Shown: one piece after another, positions 32,966 through 36,805 of the stretch
How positions within the stretch are numbered: the first letter of the stretch is position 1
How the letters are laid out: every line of letters begins with the position of its first letter
Assembly: GCA_005877225.1 (NCBI GenBank)
Contig: VBPK01000002.1
Location: 1-36,805, forward strand
From: Nitrososphaerota archaeon
Lineage (GTDB): Archaea; Thermoproteota; Nitrososphaeria; Nitrososphaerales; Gagatemarchaeaceae
Length of the DNA: 36,805 nt
Direction of reading: 5' to 3'
The notes under the pieces: model-generated
What the model was told of the DNA's origin: nothing
The model's input: only the letters and a program-made list of their open reading frames with translations
The model's database searches: none
Position numbers and translations under genes: made by a program

Positions 32966-33376
32966 GTGGTATTTGAGTCGCACTTACCAGCTGTCATAGG
33001 CGCTCGTGTCAGATTGATCTTTCCCAAGGTTCAAAACCACGCTGGACTTGAATTTTTCTTTAGAGACCTCTCGCTATCTCTGTTCGAAACGAGCAGCCTT
33101 CACGGTAAGCTCATCGGTCACATAAAACTATATGGAAAAGGAGATTCCAAGAGCATGATCCGGGCAAACGCGACTGGCTCGCGTGAAAGTGTCCAAGTTG
33201 AGATTCGAAACCCCCACCCGGAGACCGGGGTAGAGCTTTGGCTAAACATTATTGCGTACAAGATGTCGGAAGATGAACTTCGAAGAAACTTTCTAAGAAC
33301 ACTTATCCAGACGGCCAAAAGGCATGGAGTGAAGGTTCGGGGACTAGAAATTGAGGACGAGCACGGACAGCATTAG
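32966..33376 (+). CDS. Hypothetical protein (136 aa), no family recognised with confidence
   Basis: GTG-start ORF with protein-like composition and its own TATA-like box. No clear motifs. Confidence 0.5.
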   Translation: MVFESHLPAVIGARVRLIFPKVQNHAGLEFFFRDLSLSLFETSSLHGKLIGHIKLYGKGDSKSMIRANATGSRESVQVEIRNPHPETGVELWLNIIAYKMSEDELRRNFLRTLIQTAKRHGVKVRGLEIEDEHGQH

Positions 33377-33499
33377 GGTTTCGGCTCCCTCGTCCAGCTC
33401 ATTCGTGGATGAAGCCCTCTTCTCTGGACCCCTGAGCCGGTCACGCTTTCTTTTTTGTCGTCTCCCAGCCACTCTTCTCCTTTCCGAGGTCAGCCGCTG

Positions 33500-34699
33500 A
33501 TGGGCAGTTTGTCTCTCCCTCTCGAAGGGATAAGGATTGTTGCGATATCCCAATACGGCGCGGGCCCGTACGCTACGATGCACCTGGCAGACCTGGGTGC
33601 CGAGGTCATCAAGATCGAAGACCCTTCCACGCGCGGAGACTCGGCGCGTGAAGTCAGACCCTACACGCAACATAGTGACAGCCTCTTCTATCAGTCCTTC
33701 AATCGCAACAAGAAGAGCGTTACTCTCAACCTCCGAAATCCTTCTGCTCGAGATGTGTTCCACAGGCTTGTCAAGGTTTCCGACGTTGTATTCAACAACC
33801 TTCGCGGCGATCAACCTGCAAAGCTTGGACTCAACTACGGATCTTTGAGGTCGGTAAATCCGAAGGTCGTTTGCTCCGCTCTTTCGGGTTTCGGCACTAC
33901 GGGCTCCAAAGCTGTGGAGCCCTCGTACGATTACATGCTCCAGGCGTACTGCGGTCTTGAAGACATTACAGGAAACCCCGGTACGCCACCCACGAGAGCG
34001 GGTATCCCCGTCATCGACCTCGCGACAGGATTTGCGGCGGCCCTGGCGGTGATGACTGGCCTGTACAGAGTCAGCAAGACGGGGAAGGGCTGCGATGCCG
34101 ACGTCAGTCTGTACGATGTTGCAATCTCCATGATGAGCTATCTGGCGACATGGCACCTGAACAAGGGCTTCATCCCACAAAAGACTGAGGACTCCTCACA
34201 CCCGACCCTCGTACCGGTCCAGAACTTCCAGACGAAGGACGGGTGGATAGTGGTGATGTGCATAAAGGAAGAATTTTGGGATCGCCTCTGCCTCGAGTTA
34301 GGAGTGGGAGAACTTGCCAAAGACCCTCGCTTCAGGGACTTCGAAGCACGCACGCGCAATCGGCATATCCTCATCCCCTTATTGAAAGAGATCTTTAGAA
34401 CCAAGGGCACGGCCCATTGGCTGGAGAAGTTGAGAGGTAAGGTACCCTCAGCCCCGGTGCTCACCTTCTCCGAAGCCTTTGCGAGTCCACTGCTTGATGA
34501 ATGCCACATGATTTGGGAGATCGATGCGCCAGGATGGGGAAGGCTGAAGGAAGTAGCGTGTCCGATCAAGATTTCAGACTCCTCTTACGCAAGAAGGCCG
34601 GCACCACGCCTCGGAGAACACACGGAAGAGATTCTCAGTAACCTTCTCGGATACTCGAAGGAGGAGGTCGATTCGTTGAGGGAAAAGGGAGCGGTCTAG
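33500..34699 (+). CDS. Family III CoA-transferase (CaiB/BaiF/Frc-like)
   Basis: Motifs LEGIRIVAISQYGAGPYATMHLADLGAEVIKIE and FNRNKKSV, plus the catalytic Asp context IPVIDLATG. Start trimmed to ATG 33500, which has GAGGT 9 nt upstream. Confidence 0.9.
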   Translation: MGSLSLPLEGIRIVAISQYGAGPYATMHLADLGAEVIKIEDPSTRGDSAREVRPYTQHSDSLFYQSFNRNKKSVTLNLRNPSARDVFHRLVKVSDVVFNNLRGDQPAKLGLNYGSLRSVNPKVVCSALSGFGTTGSKAVEPSYDYMLQAYCGLEDITGNPGTPPTRAGIPVIDLATGFAAALAVMTGLYRVSKTGKGCDADVSLYDVAISMMSYLATWHLNKGFIPQKTEDSSHPTLVPVQNFQTKDGWIVVMCIKEEFWDRLCLELGVGELAKDPRFRDFEARTRNRHILIPLLKEIFRTKGTAHWLEKLRGKVPSAPVLTFSEAFASPLLDECHMIWEIDAPGWGRLKEVACPIKISDSSYARRPAPRLGEHTEEILSNLLGYSKEEVDSLREKGAV

Positions 34700-34730
34700 G
34701 GAACAGGTTAACTAACAGGAAATCATAAGT

Positions 34731-35465
34731 ATGGGGACAGTATACCCTGGCCCAATGCTAGAAGATTTAGAGTTCACAAAGAGAGACGAGAAGATTCTAT
34801 ACATTGCCGACGCCATGGAGAAGTACAAAAAGGCGGGAATTAGTGGGAAAGCCAATTTCGGGGAACGTCCGGTCGTCCTAATCGTGGACGTCCAGAAGGG
34901 GTTCACTTCAACAGAAAACCCGCTGGGCGGCAACATGGACAGCATGGTCGAGAACATAAAGAAACTGATAGGAGAAGCACGAAGGTACAAGGTCCCGATC
35001 TTCTACACGAGAGTCGCTTACCGAGAAGATGGCAAGGACTGCGGGGTCTTCGGGGAGAAGGTCCCAACATTGCCAAAATGGTTCAGGGACGGGGGCGGCT
35101 GGGACGGAATTGATGGAAGAATTGCGCCTAGACAGGATGACTTCATCATCACAAAGAAGATGCCCTCTGCTTTCTTCGGAACGGACCTCTTCCACCTACT
35201 GACCTACCTGAAAGCAGACACCGTGATCATCAATGGCTGCACTACGAGCGGTTGTGTCCGCGCCACAGTTGTCGATTCGATGTCCCATGGTTTCAGGACA
35301 ATCATACCGGAGGAGTGCGTCCAGGACAGGTCGCCCGGACCGCATAAGGCGAGCCTATTCGACATGGCAACCAAGTATGCAGACGTTGTGAAGCTAGCGA
35401 CTGTTCTTGACTATCTAAGAAGGCTTCCCAAGAGGGAAGTACTTCAGACCCCAACCGCGAGATAG
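34731..35465 (+). CDS. Isochorismatase-family cysteine hydrolase (N-carbamoylsarcosine amidase / nicotinamidase-like)
   Basis: Catalytic Asp-Lys-Cys contexts are present: VLIVDVQKGF, ITKKMPSAF and INGCTTSGCVRATVVD. Confidence 0.85.
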   Translation: MGTVYPGPMLEDLEFTKRDEKILYIADAMEKYKKAGISGKANFGERPVVLIVDVQKGFTSTENPLGGNMDSMVENIKKLIGEARRYKVPIFYTRVAYREDGKDCGVFGEKVPTLPKWFRDGGGWDGIDGRIAPRQDDFIITKKMPSAFFGTDLFHLLTYLKADTVIINGCTTSGCVRATVVDSMSHGFRTIIPEECVQDRSPGPHKASLFDMATKYADVVKLATVLDYLRRLPKREVLQTPTAR

Positions 35466-35582
35466 GCACCGGCACTCGTTCTCTCGCCACAGGATTCGAG
35501 CGGCCGGGGATGCCACGCAGGTTCTGCCTTGTTTGAAGACTAGACAGCAACCCTCCAGCGCCCTGCTTCTCTCTCCCTATGA

Positions 35583-35915
35583 TCAAGCTAGCTTGTCTTC
35601 GAGAGCCATCTTTGCGTACTCTATGAAGTCCGCGTGCGGATAGAGAGGGGTGATCTCAAGTTTGAGGCTATGGCCAGCCTCCCTTTGAAGGGTCAGCTTT
35701 GAAAGTGCCTCATCCAGTGCCTGATGCGAGTCGAAATCTAATAGCGCAACCACCTCCTGCTTTCCGGCCACCTTGTAGAGCCCCTTGACCCTCTCCCGCG
35801 GAATCACCTTCGGGGCTTCCTTCGATTCACGCGTCCAAGCTTCGAAGGCTTGCTTTTGACTCATCGTCTCAGATAGCCCCAGTTTGAACCAGACTAGAAA
35901 CAGCACAAAACCCAC
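35583..35915 (-). CDS. Small dimeric alpha+beta-barrel protein, muconolactone-isomerase-like (tentative)
   Basis: 110-aa GTG-start ORF. Hydrophobic N-terminal strand FVLFLVWFKL, then LYKVAGKQEVVALLDFDSHQALDEALSKL...EITPLYP, which parallels the ~95-aa muconolactone isomerase pattern. By-eye only. Confidence 0.45.
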   Translation of the reverse strand: MGFVLFLVWFKLGLSETMSQKQAFEAWTRESKEAPKVIPRERVKGLYKVAGKQEVVALLDFDSHQALDEALSKLTLQREAGHSLKLEITPLYPHADFIEYAKMALEDKLA

Positions 35916-35994
35916 CTACCCATCGGGTCCAGGTCTGAAGATATATACTAATTTGACGACTCTCAGAACGATTCGCGAGCTCGCCGGAGGGAGC

Positions 35995-36477
35995 CTATCT
36001 GCGCTTCGGACCCTTATCTCTCTTGTAGACCATGACTGTTCTCTTGAATTCTATGACAGTGGCAGAGTCCTGTTTGTAGCCTTTCGTCTTGACGGTAATT
36101 ATGCCGACGTCAGGATTTGATTTTGACTCTCGCTTACTAAGGACCTGACTTTCTGCGTAAAGGGTATCTCCAACAAACAGGGGGTTTGGGAGTCTTACCT
36201 CTTCCCAACCCAAGTTCGCGAAAGCGTTTTGACTTACGTCCCTGACACTCATCCCTGTTACAATTGAGAGAGTGAGCGCGCTGTTAACGAGACAGCGACC
36301 GAATTCAGTCTTGCTCGAATAATCGTTGTTGAAGTGGAGCGGGTTGGTGTTCATTGTAAGCAAGGTGAACCACACGTTGTCAGCCTCTATTATGGTCCTC
36401 CCAGGCGAATGCCTGTACAGATCTCCAACTTCAAAATCTTCGTAGAACCTCCCTTCCCAGCCGAGTCTTTCGGTCAT
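35995..36477 (-). CDS. MaoC-like (R)-specific enoyl-CoA hydratase / hot-dog fold dehydratase
   Basis: 160-aa ORF. Motifs FEVGDLYRHSPGRTI.EADNVWFTLLTMNTNPLHFN, then the hot-dog strand-helix pattern. Confidence 0.85.
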   Translation of the reverse strand: MTERLGWEGRFYEDFEVGDLYRHSPGRTIIEADNVWFTLLTMNTNPLHFNNDYSSKTEFGRCLVNSALTLSIVTGMSVRDVSQNAFANLGWEEVRLPNPLFVGDTLYAESQVLSKRESKSNPDVGIITVKTKGYKQDSATVIEFKRTVMVYKRDKGPKRR

Positions 36478-36607
36478 GATTTTTTCGAGCTGATACCTTA
36501 GTCCGAACCGACTAAATATTCTTGCCGTCTACAATCCCTCATACATAGCCCCTGCTCTGGCAAGTTGAAATAGGATTCCAGACGCTGACCTTAATCGGGA
36601 CTGTGGG

Positions 36608-36805
36608 ATGAAGGAAGGGAGCAAAACGAAGTTCGGACTCTTCGCACTATTCCAGGCCCTGCCGAAAGAGTCTGCTCCTGAAAAGTTAGACGAGCTCCTG
36701 GCCCAGGTTAGGGCGGCTAAGCGGTACGGTCTCGACTCAATTCTAGTCGGCCAACACTATCTCTCTACCCCATACCAGATGCTGCAGCCCATGCCGCTTC
36801 TCGGA
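36608..36805 (+). CDS. LLM-class flavin-dependent oxidoreductase, 5' fragment running off the window
   Basis: ATG 36608 opens a frame with no stop to the window end. MKEGSKTKFGLFALF....AKRYGLDSILVGQHYL resembles the N-terminus of the LLM gene at 16156..17214. Confidence 0.6.
   Translation, partial: MKEGSKTKFGLFALFQALPKESAPEKLDELLAQVRAAKRYGLDSILVGQHYLSTPYQMLQPMPLLG

Noticed and set aside
33344-34180. Long (278-aa) minus-strand ORF
   Set aside because: It lies entirely antisense to the well-supported CoA-transferase gene. It is Arg/Ser-rich with no motifs, which is typical of a shadow ORF in GC-rich coding DNA. The same reasoning applies to 19575..20171, 1892..2455, 7528..8028, 12070..12549, 3174..3644, 18359..18763, 5302..5670 and 26499..26906.
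1-36805. Searched for mobile-element signatures, defence-system hallmarks (CRISPR repeats, Cas, restriction-modification, toxin-antitoxin pairs), rRNA and tRNA
   Set aside because: I found no repeat arrays and no transposase, integrase, nuclease or methylase-like ORFs by eye. The novelty candidates in this window are metabolic or transport features, not defence systems.

Overview
This is a gene-dense 36.8-kb window with about 35 protein-coding genes. I recognise no rRNA, tRNA, CRISPR array, transposase or integrase. All family calls come from by-eye motif reading of the supplied translations; no database search was run.

The content looks like an accessory catabolic island for cyclic amides/ureides and amino compounds.
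- Left part (1-9.5 kb): an isopropylmalate/isocitrate-type dehydrogenase, an ornithine cyclodeaminase-family enzyme, and two inverted MFS paralogs. The MFS pair brackets a glycine-oxidase-like flavoenzyme, a class-III aminotransferase and a 3-hydroxyisobutyrate-dehydrogenase-family reductase.
- Middle (9.5-18.3 kb): a truncated USP remnant, a CMD-family protein with a poly-Lys tail, a nitrilase-superfamily amidase, a gamma-glutamyltransferase, two FtsX-type permeases with no ATPase partner, a luciferase-like (LLM) oxidoreductase and a CE4 deacetylase-fold hydrolase.
- Right part (18.4-36.8 kb): a CUT1-type ABC importer (binding protein plus MalF-like and MalG-like permeases) converges on a six-gene minus-strand operon. 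That operon encodes a COG0523 GTPase, an M20 carbamoylase-type amidase, a D-hydantoinase/dihydropyrimidinase, two ABC ATPases and a lipoyl-domain/PEGA-like protein.
- Next come two more tandem MalG-like permeases with an MtaA-type Zn methyltransferase, and a second cyclic amidohydrolase disrupted by an internal deletion.
- The window ends with a family-III CoA-transferase, an isochorismatase-type amidase, a MaoC dehydratase and a partial LLM gene.

Three observations suggest, but do not prove, an archaeal origin:
- TATA-like boxes sit about 25 nt upstream of several first-gene start codons.
- GTG and TTG starts are frequent.
- The binding protein has a Thr-rich linker after a membrane anchor.

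Most unusual observations:
1. The two ABC ATPases carry exactly complementary motif degenerations. These predict one dead and one consensus ATP site in an importer-type NBD heterodimer.
2. A COG0523 G3E GTPase leads the hydantoinase/carbamoylase operon, a urease/UreG-like arrangement.
3. An orphan lipoyl-like carrier domain fused to a PEGA-like beta-sandwich closes that operon.
4. An MtaA-like methyltransferase is co-transcribed with two permeases and has no corrinoid partner in the window.
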